DNA of 64,000 nucleotides from Desulfatiglandales bacterium (GCA_041685835.1 JAWLEX010000002.1:1973-65972), one strand, 5' to 3'. Positions 1 to 9,694 are shown, counted from the stretch's first letter. The notes: generated from the sequence alone by a model not told the origin. Translations and numbers: made by a program.

Positions 1-101
1 GAGATCAAGAGGTTGCGCGGAGGCGTACTGAAGTACGCCGCACAAGCAACCTCGCAGATTGACGCCGAGATTGGCAAAAAAGACCATTTCTGGATGGAAA
101 C
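1..101 (+). mobile_element. MITE-like 176-bp repeat, copy A (right-hand 101 bp; left part outside window)
   Basis: Aligns to positions 76-176 of the full copies (GAGATCAAGAGGTTGCGCGGAGGCGTACTGAAGTACGCC...TTTCTGGATGGAAAC, ending at 101). Confidence 0.85.
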
Positions 102-332
102 CAGCAAAGATCGAACCCCGGCGCTTCTGATAAAACAGGTGGCATAGCCCCGGTGCCCCGGCCCACTCGGCCAAAACGCCGGTGGGCGCGCAAAAAGGCC
201 ATGAGCCGGCCTTAAAAGGCATTAAAAAGCCTTGTCGCCGAGGATGGGATGCATCGCCGGCAACAAGGCGGTCTGGAGAACAGTAAAAGCACTGGTTCCA
301 TGAAATCGTTTCATGGTGGGCCAAGCGGCCCT

Positions 333-728
333 TTATTGAAATCCTCCTCCTCCTGGAGTTCCTCCAGCTCCTCCTGCACCGCCCATTCCGCCTGCCGGTG
401 CCTGGCCGGGCGGTGTCTCAGGCTCTTCGGGTTTCAGCGCCTCTTCGAGATCGGAAAGGCGGCTCAGCATCGATCCCAGTCTATCGCGCATATCCTCCAC
501 CTGCTGCTCCATGTCCCTGTCTTCAACTTCGTCTTGAACGGCTTGAAGCACGGTGGCCAGGTCGCCTCTGACCTGGTCCAACTGATCTGACATGTCCTTA
601 ATCTCGGATCGCAGTTCCTCCGCCTCTTCATTGGTGACCGGGCCTTGCGAACAGCCTGCAATGAGCAACGCCGACACGAATACAGCCATATACATCAGCA
701 TTCGTTTGATTGGTGTATAGCACCTCAT
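333..728 (-). CDS. Hypothetical lipoprotein with a coiled-coil-like acidic core and Gly-rich C-terminus
   Basis: 131-aa ORF. Signal peptide with lipobox (VSALLIAGC). SD AAGGGAGG lies 6 nt upstream of the ATG at 728. C-terminus is GGMGGAGGAGGTPGGGG. Confidence 0.7.
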   Translation of the reverse strand: MRCYTPIKRMLMYMAVFVSALLIAGCSQGPVTNEEAEELRSEIKDMSDQLDQVRGDLATVLQAVQDEVEDRDMEQQVEDMRDRLGSMLSRLSDLEEALKPEEPETPPGQAPAGGMGGAGGAGGTPGGGGFQ

Positions 729-752
729 AATTACCTCCCTTCTAAATAGGCA

Positions 753-1094
753 CTAATTAAATTCCTGTAATTTTGAGGTAAACTTTTCAGCCAAATCTTC
801 ATCTTTACTGATTTCACCCATAATATTATTATAGCTTTCAACATCAAGATCTGCTTCTTCCACTGCAGTTACCATTTGGTCATTTGCTTCTCGTTGCATT
901 TGTTGTCTTTGTTCTGGATCGGCTACTTCTTGTACTGACTCCTGGAACTCCTGGCTGATCATTGCGATTTTCACATAGGCCTTCGCCGCCTTCTCCAGTT
1001 CTACCTCGCCGACCTCCTGCGCCATACCGGGAACGGCCATTGAAAACACTAAAAAGAATGAAATAATGGTTATAAACCCTAGATTTCTGAACAT
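753..1094 (-). CDS. Small secreted protein, DUF4168-like
   Basis: 113-aa ORF with an N-terminal signal peptide (…SMAVPGMAQE). SD AAGGAGG upstream. Helical repeat pattern resembles DUF4168. AT-richer than its surroundings. Confidence 0.6.
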   Translation of the reverse strand: MFRNLGFITIISFFLVFSMAVPGMAQEVGEVELEKAAKAYVKIAMISQEFQESVQEVADPEQRQQMQREANDQMVTAVEEADLDVESYNNIMGEISKDEDLAEKFTSKLQEFN

Positions 1095-1177
1095 TTAAAG
1101 CCTCCTTTTTCTTTCCGGTTACCGGTTGCCCCGACAGGCACTGATCCTTTACCAGGCTCGGGGATTGCAATGTTGAG

Positions 1178-1194
1178 AAGCAGGTCTTATGCCA
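1178..1194 (-). promoter_or_regulatory. Candidate sigma-54 (-24/-12) promoter for the 1094..333 operon
   Basis: The minus strand reads TGGCATAAGACCTGCTT. GG and GC have the exact consensus spacing of TGGCAC-N5-TTGCW. It lies about 75 nt upstream of the ATG at 1094, and an NtrC-type activator is encoded divergently. Confidence 0.5.
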
Positions 1195-1345
1195 AAAGGT
1201 TTCCTGGAGGATTTGAGTGCTTATTTTAATTGAATTTATAAGAGGTTAAAGGCGGGTAAAGGGTCTTGAGGCCTCTTTTTTTGACACGGCCGGAATTGTA
1301 TAAATGTGACACATGTGCTATTATTGTGTGCCATGAGGAGAAGCC

Positions 1346-2818
1346 ATGAAATACTTCCGCCTGTTTCCATCGACCATTAGCTTCCGAGGGGCACTGCTCA
1401 TCTATGTGGTTGCTCCCTTGATAGGCGCACTGGGGATTTTCGGGTACCTGGCACTGAACACCATTGAGAAGCAGGTGGAGAGCCAGATGCAGAAGGACCT
1501 TGAGCTCGTGGCAAGGGCGGTTCAACTGCCTTTGAGCTACGCACTGGAAAAAGACCGGATGGGAAGCATCATGCAGGCCTTGGAGTCCGTTTTTTCCATA
1601 GGCCGTGTTTACAGCGCCTATATTTACGATAAGGAAGGCAAGGAGATCGCCACGCTGGGCCTGGCCGATCCGGAGCCTGAACCCGAAAGGCTGACCGAGT
1701 TGGCTGCAGACGGGGAAAGCCGTGGGGAATACGGCTTGATAGCGGGGAGGAATGTGTACTCGTATTTTGTTCCGCTCACAGACACCGGCGGCCGAATCAA
1801 CGGCCTGCTGCAACTGACGAGAAGGGGGAGAGAGTTCAGTGATGATATACGTTCAATCAGGATCAAGGGGGGGTTGAGCCTGGGAGTCCTTCTCGTTTTG
1901 CTTTCGGCCGTGGTCCTTTATGGACATCACCGCGCCCTCGGCATGCACCTGGCACGGTTGAACTCGAGTATGTCCAGGATTGCCCGGGGGGAACGCGGGC
2001 ACCGGTTCGATCATCAAGGGCCCAAGGAGATCATCGAGCTGGGGGAGAGCTTCAACCACATGCTCAACAGCATTGAAGAGGCTGAGCGGGCAATCATGGC
2101 ACATCGATTAAGCCAGGAAAAACTGGAAAAAAGGCTCCGCCAGTCCGAGAAAATGGCCGCCTTAGGCACGCTCGCTGCAGGAACAGCCCATGAACTGGGT
2201 ACGCCGTTGAGTGTTATCAGCGGTAAGGCCCAGCGTGCGCTTCGCCAAGAGGGTATCTCGGAGGTGCAGAGGCGGACGCTGGCGGACATTCGGGAGGAAG
2301 TGACCCGGATGGAGCATATCATTAGGCAGTTGCTGGACTTCAGCCGCCGGGGGCCGTTTCGCTGTTCCCCTGCCTCCCCTGCCTCCATGGCGGCTTCTGC
2401 CGTCTCGGCGGTCGAGGAAGAGGCAAAGGCCTGCGGGGCGGTCATCAAACTGACCGGGGACGGAAATACCCCACCGGTCGTAATGGACGCCATAAGAATC
2501 CATCAGGCATTGAGCAACTTATTGCGCAATGCCATTCAATGCTCTCCCGCAGGCAACATTCGGGTTTCCTGGGAACAAAAAGATGATGGGGTCTGTTTCG
2601 GCGTCGAAGATGACGGCCCGGGTGTGCCTACGGATAATCGTGCCAGGATTTTCGAGCCGTTTTTTACCACCAGACCCGTGGGCGAAGGCACCGGTCTGGG
2701 CCTGGCCGTGGTCCACTCTGTTGCAGAAGAGCATGGTGGATGGGTTGAAGTGAGTGAAGGCGAAATGGGAGGGGCGTTTTTTCGACTCACGATTCCCTCT
2801 CAGCCAAACAGTAAATGA
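1346..2818 (+). CDS. Membrane sensor histidine kinase (two TM segments, HAMP, HisKA, HATPase_c)
   Basis: 490 aa. H-box [10 protein letters not shown] boxes LLRNAIQ, DDGPGV and GTGLGLAVV. Two hydrophobic segments flank a ~150-aa periplasmic region. Confidence 0.9.
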   Translation: MKYFRLFPSTISFRGALLIYVVAPLIGALGIFGYLALNTIEKQVESQMQKDLELVARAVQLPLSYALEKDRMGSIMQALESVFSIGRVYSAYIYDKEGKEIATLGLADPEPEPERLTELAADGESRGEYGLIAGRNVYSYFVPLTDTGGRINGLLQLTRRGREFSDDIRSIRIKGGLSLGVLLVLLSAVVLYGHHRALGMHLARLNSSMSRIARGERGHRFDHQGPKEIIELGESFNHMLNSIEEAERAIMAHRLSQEKLEKRLRQSEKMAALGTLAAGTAHELGTPLSVISGKAQRALRQEGISEVQRRTLADIREEVTRMEHIIRQLLDFSRRGPFRCSPASPASMAASAVSAVEEEAKACGAVIKLTGDGNTPPVVMDAIRIHQALSNLLRNAIQCSPAGNIRVSWEQKDDGVCFGVEDDGPGVPTDNRARIFEPFFTTRPVGEGTGLGLAVVHSVAEEHGGWVEVSEGEMGGAFFRLTIPSQPNSK

Positions 2819-2836
2819 CCGAAGAAAGGATAAGCG

Positions 2837-4243
2837 ATGAACAGGGAAAGCTCCCTCAGCAGTGTGGTATTGATTGTTGAGGATGACAGGACACTCGGAC
2901 CTTTACTGGTCGAAGAAGTCAGGGACGCCGGCCTGGACGCCCATTGGACGGCCACGGCCGAAGAAGCGGAAAAGGCCCTTGAAAAAAGATGGCCTGACCT
3001 GGTTGTGTGTGATCTCAGGCTGCCTGGAATGGACGGCATGAGCTTTTTCAGAAGTGTTCAGGAAAAAGCGCCCGATTCAGCTCCAGGGTTCCTTATCATT
3101 ACGGCCTTTGGGAGCATTCCCGAGGCCGTGGACGCCTTAAAGGCGGGGGCGGAAGATTTTCTGACCAAACCCCTGGACCTGGAACACTTCATCCTGTCCG
3201 TGAAGCGCATCCTGGAGAGAAGGCGACTGAGAGAAATGGTAAACCAGATGCGCGGACTTCTCTCTTCGGACACCTTTCACGGAATGCACGGACGCAGCAT
3301 GCCCATGCGTCTTCTTTTTGAACAAATCATGCAAGTGGCAAAGGCTCAAGGGCCGGTCTTGATCCTGGGTGAAAGCGGCTCGGGAAAGGAACTGGTGGCC
3401 AGGGCCATACACAAGGAGAGCTCCAGGGGGGAGGGCCCGTTCTTGCCTGTCAATTGCGCGGGTATACCCGAGCACTTGCTTGAAAGCGAGTTTTTCGGGC
3501 ATGCGGAAGGCTCCTTCACCGGCGCACGAAGAAGCCGCCACGGTCTCTTCGCCGAGGCGGAAGGCGGATCCTTGCTCCTGGACGAAATTTTGGAAATGCC
3601 CCTTTTCCTCCAGGCCAAGCTCCTTCGCATACTCCAGGACGGCAAGGTCAGAAGAGTGGGGGAAAACCGCGAATACCAGGTGGACGTGCGCGTGCTGGCC
3701 GCCACTCACCGGGACATTGATGAGGAGGTTCGACTGGGACATTTCCGGGAAGACCTTTTCTTTCGGCTGGAGACCTTTACCCTCCGGGTTCCGCCGCTCA
3801 GGGAACGCGGAGATGATTTGGAGCTGCTGGCAAGCAGATTCCTTCAGCAGTTTTCATTGGCTCTAGGCAAAAAAGTCAACGGGTTTTCCACCCGGGCCCT
3901 GGACCACATAATCAGTTATCCTTTCCCCGGGAATGTTCGTGAGCTTCGCAATGCTGTGGAACGGGCCGTTACTTTTGCCTCGGGAAACCGGATACGTCTG
4001 GAAAACCTGCCCACCAGGATCCGGAATAACCGACACGGACCGGACGAACCCGAAACCGGTGCGTACGGCTTGATCGAAGATAAAGAAAAGCTCCTGCCTC
4101 TGGCTGAAGTGGAGCGGCGTTATATTCGACACGTGCTCAATGAAGTGGGAGGAAACAAGCGCCGGGCCTCCGCGATTCTGGGTATCGGCCGAAGGACGCT
4201 CTACCGGAGGCTTGGAGAGGACGAAAACAGTGCAGGACCATGA
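2837..4243 (+). CDS. Sigma-54-dependent response regulator (NtrC family: receiver + AAA+ + Fis-type HTH)
   Basis: 468 aa. Receiver motifs VEDD…DLRLPGMDG. Walker A GESGSGKE. GAFTGA-like motif GSFTGA. C-terminal HTH (AILGIGRRTLYRRL). Confidence 0.92.
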   Translation: MNRESSLSSVVLIVEDDRTLGPLLVEEVRDAGLDAHWTATAEEAEKALEKRWPDLVVCDLRLPGMDGMSFFRSVQEKAPDSAPGFLIITAFGSIPEAVDALKAGAEDFLTKPLDLEHFILSVKRILERRRLREMVNQMRGLLSSDTFHGMHGRSMPMRLLFEQIMQVAKAQGPVLILGESGSGKELVARAIHKESSRGEGPFLPVNCAGIPEHLLESEFFGHAEGSFTGARRSRHGLFAEAEGGSLLLDEILEMPLFLQAKLLRILQDGKVRRVGENREYQVDVRVLAATHRDIDEEVRLGHFREDLFFRLETFTLRVPPLRERGDDLELLASRFLQQFSLALGKKVNGFSTRALDHIISYPFPGNVRELRNAVERAVTFASGNRIRLENLPTRIRNNRHGPDEPETGAYGLIEDKEKLLPLAEVERRYIRHVLNEVGGNKRRASAILGIGRRTLYRRLGEDENSAGP

Positions 4244-4339
4244 GCCTGGGTATAATCACATGCAATAAGATGCAAAACCTGGAAGGAAGGCCGCGATCCG
4301 GGGAATGATCATCAGTGGCTTACTCCTGAAAATTAACTT

Positions 4340-4515
4340 GTGCCCATTCAGAAACGCTTTTTGGGCACCAGCAAGTTTCCAATTCAGAAATGAGGATTTT
4401 TTGTCAAGATCAAGGAAATCAAGAGGTTGCGCGGAGGCGTACTGAAGTACGCCGCACAAGCAACCTCGCAGATTGACGCCGAGATTGGCAAAAAAGACCA
4501 TTTCTGGATGGAAAC
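4340..4515 (+). mobile_element. MITE-like 176-bp repeat, copy B
   Basis: TIR GTGCCCATTCAGAAA / TTTCTGGATGGAAAC. Flanked by the direct duplication TAACTT (4334-4339 and 4516-4521). Confidence 0.85.
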
Positions 4516-4912
4516 TAACTTATGTTGCCGCCGCCGCCCGCCCGGCTTCCTGCATTCCTCTCGTCTCAATCACATTCCCGCATTTGTCTGGCCTGTAAAA
4601 GACCCGCCGGTGTGTTGAATCAACCTGAAAAGCTTTTTGTCCGGTCTTCGCGAAAAAGGCCCTTGCGGGACGGGCATCAGTGTCAAGGAGGAAATTATAT
4701 TGACTTCTGGAGAAAAACGATCTACAGTTTCGCACTATGATAATTAAATCTCACATAATGAGAATAGATTGTCCTGTGCGGGGCGGCCTGGGCCAAAAAC
4801 CCGCTCGACCGGCGCTGGCAAGGCTATAACCCACTGGAATTACAAGGGCAGTTGACTTGGCCCCGGTTTTTTTTGCGATTCCATCATAATTGGATTTCCG
4901 AGGGAGGCGTAT

Positions 4913-6487
4913 ATGAATTTTGCAGACTATCTCCGAATGAATGCAATCAAGTATAAAGACAAAACGTCCCTCATCGAAAGGTATCCAGCAAAACACCAAA
5001 GACGTATTTTGACATGGGAAGAATTTAATTCTGAGGTCAACAAGGTTTCCAATTATCTGAAAAAGGAGGTTGGAATCCAAAAAGGGGATCGTATTTTACA
5101 TCTTTTTAATAATTCAATTGAATGGTTAACCATATATTTCGGTATTATTAAAATAGGTGCTGTTGTAGTCCCATTGAATTTTCGATTTATTGAAGCGGAT
5201 ATCAAATACGCAGGTTCTATTTCTGATCCGGCCGCTTTTCTATTGGGATCTGAATTTGTAGGCCGCGTTCTCAATGTTAGAGATGAAATCAAAAGCATCC
5301 GAAAGTTCATTGTATGCGGAGATGAATGTCCACAAGGGATGGTTCCTTTTTCTGAAATCCAGAATTATACGGATACGGAAGAAGCTATTGTCGATATGGA
5401 AAACGACGATGATCTTGCCGTCATGTTCACTTCAGGTACGACCGGTAATGCAAAGCCGGTTGTTCATACTCACGGAAGCATGAACGCCACGGCTGTCGGC
5501 AATGGGTTGAGCCTCCCATTGACAATGGAAGATAACTACCTTGTCGTGCTTCCTCTTTATCATTCAGGAAGCCTTTTCATGTGGTTTCCCTATTTTGCCG
5601 TCGGCGCTACAGGGACGCTGATCCGGGATTATCGCAACCCGAGATGGATATTGGAGGCGGTTGAAGAAGATGGAGCGAATGCGCTTCTGGCCGTGGTACC
5701 CATGTGCGTCGATCTGATCAATCAGGTTGACAGCGGTGAAATCGATCTGGACGGCTACGACCTTTCGTCCTGGAAATACCTGGTCACGGGGGCTCAGCCT
5801 GTCCCCCCGAATATTTTCAAAAGTTTGATGGACGTCTTTCCGTGCAGGATCATTCACACCTACGGAGTTACGGAAGGGGGAGGCGGCGCGACCTGGTCGA
5901 TCCATCATGACGATATCCTTCGAAAACCCGGCTCTATCGGAAGGCCCAATTTCGGCGTGGAGGGACGTATTCTCGACAACCGGGGCAGGGATGTCGCTCC
6001 GGGAGAGGTCGGAGAAATTGTGATCAAGACCCCGAGACTCATGAAACAATATTATCGAAATGAAGATTTGACGCGGGCGGCTGTTCGAAACGGTTTTTTT
6101 TACACCGGGGACCTGGCCCGAACGGATGAAGACGGCTACTACTACATCGTGGATCGCAAGAAGGATATGATCACCAGCGGCGGGGAGAATATCTATCCCG
6201 TGGAGATCGAAGAGGTGTTGCATCAGCATCCGGACATAGATGATGCGGCTGTCATCGGGCACCCGGACGAACGCTTCGTCGAAATCGTCATGGCTGTGGT
6301 TCAAGTGAAAGCCGGGAAATCCATGAGCGAGGAAGATGTCATAGCGTTCTGTAAGGCGGGATTGGCCATGTATAAGGTTCCACGTAAAGTGGCTTTTGAC
6401 AAGGTTCCCAGGAACCCGACCGGCAAACTCCTGAAGACCGTTCTCCGGGAAAAGTACTTTGGAACAAAAGAGGCCTTCAGGTTTTAA
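4913..6487 (+). CDS. AMP-dependent acyl-CoA synthetase/ligase
   Basis: 524 aa. AMP-binding signature TSGTTGNAKP, YGVTEGG, and the C-terminal GKLLK lysine. SD GAGGGAGG upstream. Confidence 0.9.
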   Translation: MNFADYLRMNAIKYKDKTSLIERYPAKHQRRILTWEEFNSEVNKVSNYLKKEVGIQKGDRILHLFNNSIEWLTIYFGIIKIGAVVVPLNFRFIEADIKYAGSISDPAAFLLGSEFVGRVLNVRDEIKSIRKFIVCGDECPQGMVPFSEIQNYTDTEEAIVDMENDDDLAVMFTSGTTGNAKPVVHTHGSMNATAVGNGLSLPLTMEDNYLVVLPLYHSGSLFMWFPYFAVGATGTLIRDYRNPRWILEAVEEDGANALLAVVPMCVDLINQVDSGEIDLDGYDLSSWKYLVTGAQPVPPNIFKSLMDVFPCRIIHTYGVTEGGGGATWSIHHDDILRKPGSIGRPNFGVEGRILDNRGRDVAPGEVGEIVIKTPRLMKQYYRNEDLTRAAVRNGFFYTGDLARTDEDGYYYIVDRKKDMITSGGENIYPVEIEEVLHQHPDIDDAAVIGHPDERFVEIVMAVVQVKAGKSMSEEDVIAFCKAGLAMYKVPRKVAFDKVPRNPTGKLLKTVLREKYFGTKEAFRF

Positions 6488-6512
6488 TATTTAATGAAAG
6501 GGGGCATGAGTC

Positions 6513-7451
6513 ATGGATGATCTCAGAATAGCTGTTGTGGGTATTGGAGCCACGGGCGCCGTTCTGGCGGCGGCCCTGTTGAGTGAGGATCCCGATACCA
6601 TCCTTGTGGACCCCAGGCCGGGCCTGGCTGATGAGATCCGCAAGGACGGCATCCGGATTTCAGGCGAGGTGAACCGCCATGTTCCGGTTCGTCATTTTTT
6701 CGATAAGATCCAGAAGTGCAAGGACCTCAACCCGAATCTCATATTCGTTTCCACCAAAACGTTTCACCTCCCAGCGGTTTTGGCGGAATTGCAGGGGGTG
6801 TTTCAGGAGGGTACGAAGATCGCCAGCACGCACAACGGCCTGGGAACGGAGGATCTCATTGCCGATGCGTTCGGGGCTGAGGCGGCGTTTCGAATGTCTC
6901 TCAACTACGGTGTCTCATTGAAGGGGCCGTGTGAGGTTGAAATGGCTTTTTTTAATCGGCCCAACCACCTGGGCGCCCTGGTTCCTGAAAACCGGGAGAT
7001 GGGTGTGCGCGCGGCCCGGATGCTCTCGGCAGGCGGGCTGGACACGGAGTATGTCGATGACATCAAACACCATGTGTGGAAGAAGATGATCATGAAATGC
7101 ACCATGGCCTCCATCTGCGCCGTCACGGACAAGACCATCAAGGAGGCCCTGTTATTTCCCCCGACCAGGGAGATCGCCGATGCCTGTTTCAAGGAAATTC
7201 TGGCTGTAGCCAAGGCAAAGGGCTATGACCTGGGAGAGGATTACCTTGCCCAGGCATTGGGCTATCTCGAAAAGGTAGGGGTTCACAAGGATTCCATGTG
7301 CGTTGACATAGCCAACAAAACGCGTACTGAAATCGATTTCCTCGGGGGAAAGGTCGTGGAATACGGGAAGGAGACCGGTGTTCCAACCCCCTGTTACGCA
7401 ACCATGGCGAACCTGGTCAGGGCGATGGAAGACAAGTATCTCGGACATTGA
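6513..7451 (+). CDS. 2-dehydropantoate 2-reductase family oxidoreductase (PanE/ApbA-like)
   Basis: 312 aa. N-terminal Rossmann motif VVGIGATGAVLAAAL and an ApbA-like C-terminal domain. Confidence 0.75.
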   Translation: MDDLRIAVVGIGATGAVLAAALLSEDPDTILVDPRPGLADEIRKDGIRISGEVNRHVPVRHFFDKIQKCKDLNPNLIFVSTKTFHLPAVLAELQGVFQEGTKIASTHNGLGTEDLIADAFGAEAAFRMSLNYGVSLKGPCEVEMAFFNRPNHLGALVPENREMGVRAARMLSAGGLDTEYVDDIKHHVWKKMIMKCTMASICAVTDKTIKEALLFPPTREIADACFKEILAVAKAKGYDLGEDYLAQALGYLEKVGVHKDSMCVDIANKTRTEIDFLGGKVVEYGKETGVPTPCYATMANLVRAMEDKYLGH

Positions 7452-7476
7452 CATAGATTCAAGAGAGGCGCCGGTG

Positions 7477-7746
7477 ATGAATCGAGGCAAGTGGATGCAT
7501 GTGGGTCATGTGCTCAAAATGAACGCGGTCAACTACCCGGAGAAGCTTGGGTGGCAGGACAAGCACAGGGAATTCACGTTTGCAAAGTGGAATGACAGGA
7601 CCTGTCGTTTTGCAAACGGACTGAAAGGCCTGGGTGTCGGCTTCAAAGACACCTTTTCGGTCATATCCTGCAATCGTGGCGAGTGGATGGATATTTATGC
7701 CGGTTCCCCGGGGGAGTGGGACTGCGCAGGCGCGGCCGGGGACTAA
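7477..7746 (+). pseudogene. N-terminal remnant (~89 codons) of a second AMP-dependent acyl-CoA ligase
   Basis: The peptide LKMNAVNYPEKLGWQDKHREFTFAKWNDRTCRFANGLKGLGVGFKDTFSVISCNRGEWMDIYAG is typical of ligase N-termini. The frame degenerates and stops, and the next gene starts at 7797. Confidence 0.6.
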
Positions 7747-7796
7747 AAAACTGATTTCCGGACCGAAACAATTGAGACTCAAGGCAGGGAACCTGA

Positions 7797-8606
7797 ATGG
7801 ATAACTCATTCGGATCATTGGAAAAAGCTATCCGGATCCTATCACTTTTCGATTCGGAACACCCGGAATTGTCAGCTCATGAGATTTCGAAGATTCTCTG
7901 CATACCTCTGAGCACAACCTATAAATACCTGAAAGTATTTCTTCGAAATGAAATCCTGAATAAAGATCAAGAAACAGGTAGATTCCACCCTGGATTCAAG
8001 CTCTTCAAGTTGGGGGTCCTTGCGGCGGAAAAAATCTCGCTGCTCAAAATCGCCCGTCCCTACCTGGAATCCATTGCAAAGCGTTCCCTGGAAACGGTTG
8101 TGCTGGCTATAATCGATGGGCTGGATCTTCTGTGTGTGGATACGATCGAAAGCCCGAGGCCGGTCAAGCTGACCATGACAAAAGGGACAAAGCTTCCCCT
8201 GCATGCAGGAGCGCCGGGAAAGGTATTGCTCGCTTACAAGGATCGGCCTTTTATTCAAGAATTGATTCAGGTGAGAGGGCTTGCGAAGGTCAACAAGAAC
8301 ACCATCACTGATCAGGGAGAGCTCGAGAGGGAGTTGGAATCCATTCGGAGCCAAGGCCACGGCCGGAGTGATTCGGAAGTGGATCCGGGGGCCGCTGCTT
8401 TGGCGGTTCCCGTATTTGATCACAAAGGGCGGGCCCTGGCTTCTGTTTCGCTGATCGGGCCCATGCAAAACCTGTTGGAAAAAAACAGCGAGGAATTGAT
8501 CGGGATACTGAAAGACGCCGCAAGGGGCATTTCAGAGAAGCTTGGATATGTACCGATTGAGCCGGATTCGCATGACATGACAGGAGGGGTTTTCTCCGAT
8601 CCCTGA
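7797..8606 (+). CDS. IclR-family transcriptional regulator
   Basis: 269 aa. N-terminal wHTH (LEKAIRILSLF…SAHEISKILCIPLSTTYKYL) and a C-terminal IclR effector domain. Confidence 0.85.
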   Translation: MDNSFGSLEKAIRILSLFDSEHPELSAHEISKILCIPLSTTYKYLKVFLRNEILNKDQETGRFHPGFKLFKLGVLAAEKISLLKIARPYLESIAKRSLETVVLAIIDGLDLLCVDTIESPRPVKLTMTKGTKLPLHAGAPGKVLLAYKDRPFIQELIQVRGLAKVNKNTITDQGELERELESIRSQGHGRSDSEVDPGAAALAVPVFDHKGRALASVSLIGPMQNLLEKNSEELIGILKDAARGISEKLGYVPIEPDSHDMTGGVFSDP

Positions 8607-8711
8607 TGTTCTTGCCTTTTCAAGGTGTTGGAAGTAAATAGCCGAAACGATGAAAGTTTCCCCTGAAAAAACACGAGCCCAATCGGAAGAGTCCCTTTTC
8701 CCAAAGATTGT

Positions 8712-8740
8712 TTGACCCGCTCCGAGTGTCGTCCCATAAT
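8712..8740 (+). promoter_or_regulatory. Candidate sigma-70 promoter (TTGACC-N17-CATAAT)
   Basis: Hexamers at 8712-8717 and 8735-8740 with a 17-nt spacer, about 37 nt upstream of the ATG at 8777. Confidence 0.4.
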
Positions 8741-8776
8741 AAAAAGCAAGCCGGGGAACCACCGAAAGGGGCAGGC

Positions 8777-9694
8777 ATGGCCATTGGAGTATGCGGAATT
8801 CAGTGTGATGTGTGCGGGCTTCATGTAAGAGGGCTCTGCTCCACCTGTGGCCCCGGCACGAGCATCGAAGCGGCCAAAAAACTGGACGCCCAGGAGCGTA
8901 TCCTGGGTGCGCCCTGCCCGATTCTGGCGTGCGCCGCCGCCCGGCGACTGGACCACTGCTCCAGGGACTGCGCAGACTACCCGTGCCGGCTTTTCAGGAC
9001 GGGCCCGTACCCCTTCAGCGAGGCTTACCTTGACATGCAGAAGCGAAGGCGGGCGGAACGGCCTCCCGACCGCACGCCGTCCGGGGGTGCGGTGGAGGTC
9101 CCTTCAGAGTACTGGGACGCCCTGCTGGAGCGGGACCCGGCTGTTGTTTGCCGAAACGCAGGCGCTCGCCCGAAATCCCCTGCCGGGTTTCTCCTTCCGT
9201 TTCTAAAGGAGTTCGTGCTCGTGGACACCACGGAACGCAGGATTTTAGGCCAGGACCCTTCCGGATGGAAGCCTTTGAGCGACCCGCTCCTGGAGCTCCT
9301 GTGCCTCGTGTACCTCTTGAACGCATCCCCGGCGGCCGTCCAGGGCCGGGTGGTGGGCGTCCGGGAGCTTCGAGGCGCCCGCTTTTTTTCCGGTCCCCAC
9401 GATCTGGATGTCCAGCCGCTCTTGTCCCGGTTCGGAAGGGATCCTGCAGGCTTTAGACAGGCTTCGGAACGTATGCAGGGTGATCCGGTGGACCTGGCGG
9501 AAGTGGCGTATCGGTTCCAGGTGTTTCCCAAGATCCCGCTCTACTACCTGCTGTGGGAAGGGGATGACGAGTTCCCCCCGCGACTCACCGTGCTTTTCGA
9601 CCGCAGCATCGACGAGCACCTGGCTCCGGATGGAGTCTGGGGCCTGTTCAATCTGGTCACCGGTCGGCTCCTGTACGGATCCCGGTCCGGTTGA
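8777..9694 (+). CDS. Cys-rich DUF3795-like N-domain fused to a DUF3786-like domain (function unknown)
   Basis: The start MAIGVCGIQCDVCG is preferred over the longer ORF because of SD AAAGGGG and the promoter upstream. About 12 Cys in the first 80 aa. C-terminal part carries LWEGDDEFPPRLTVLFD. Confidence 0.65.
   Translation: MAIGVCGIQCDVCGLHVRGLCSTCGPGTSIEAAKKLDAQERILGAPCPILACAAARRLDHCSRDCADYPCRLFRTGPYPFSEAYLDMQKRRRAERPPDRTPSGGAVEVPSEYWDALLERDPAVVCRNAGARPKSPAGFLLPFLKEFVLVDTTERRILGQDPSGWKPLSDPLLELLCLVYLLNASPAAVQGRVVGVRELRGARFFSGPHDLDVQPLLSRFGRDPAGFRQASERMQGDPVDLAEVAYRFQVFPKIPLYYLLWEGDDEFPPRLTVLFDRSIDEHLAPDGVWGLFNLVTGRLLYGSRSG

Noticed and set aside
102-170. tRNA-like fragment right after MITE copy A (…AGATCGAACCCCGGCGC… resembles a T-arm on the minus strand). 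It might be a tRNA gene or an att remnant.
   Set aside because: The reverse complement (…GCCGGGGTTCGATCTTTGCTGG) cannot form a T-stem, an acceptor stem or a proper anticodon arm. It also matches neither tRNA in the window. It is at most a short decayed fragment.
4427-4618. ORFs beginning MRGGVLKYAAQATSQIDAEIGKKDHFWMET. They recur at 4427, within the 14183-14674 ORF, and at the N-terminus of the 14902-17244 ORF. A repeated peptide could suggest a small gene family.
   Set aside because: The shared 30 codons are simply the translated right half of the 176-bp MITE-like repeat. Downstream sequence differs completely in each case, and the ORFs continue by chance into flanking DNA or real genes. 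No SD or independent coding signal is present.
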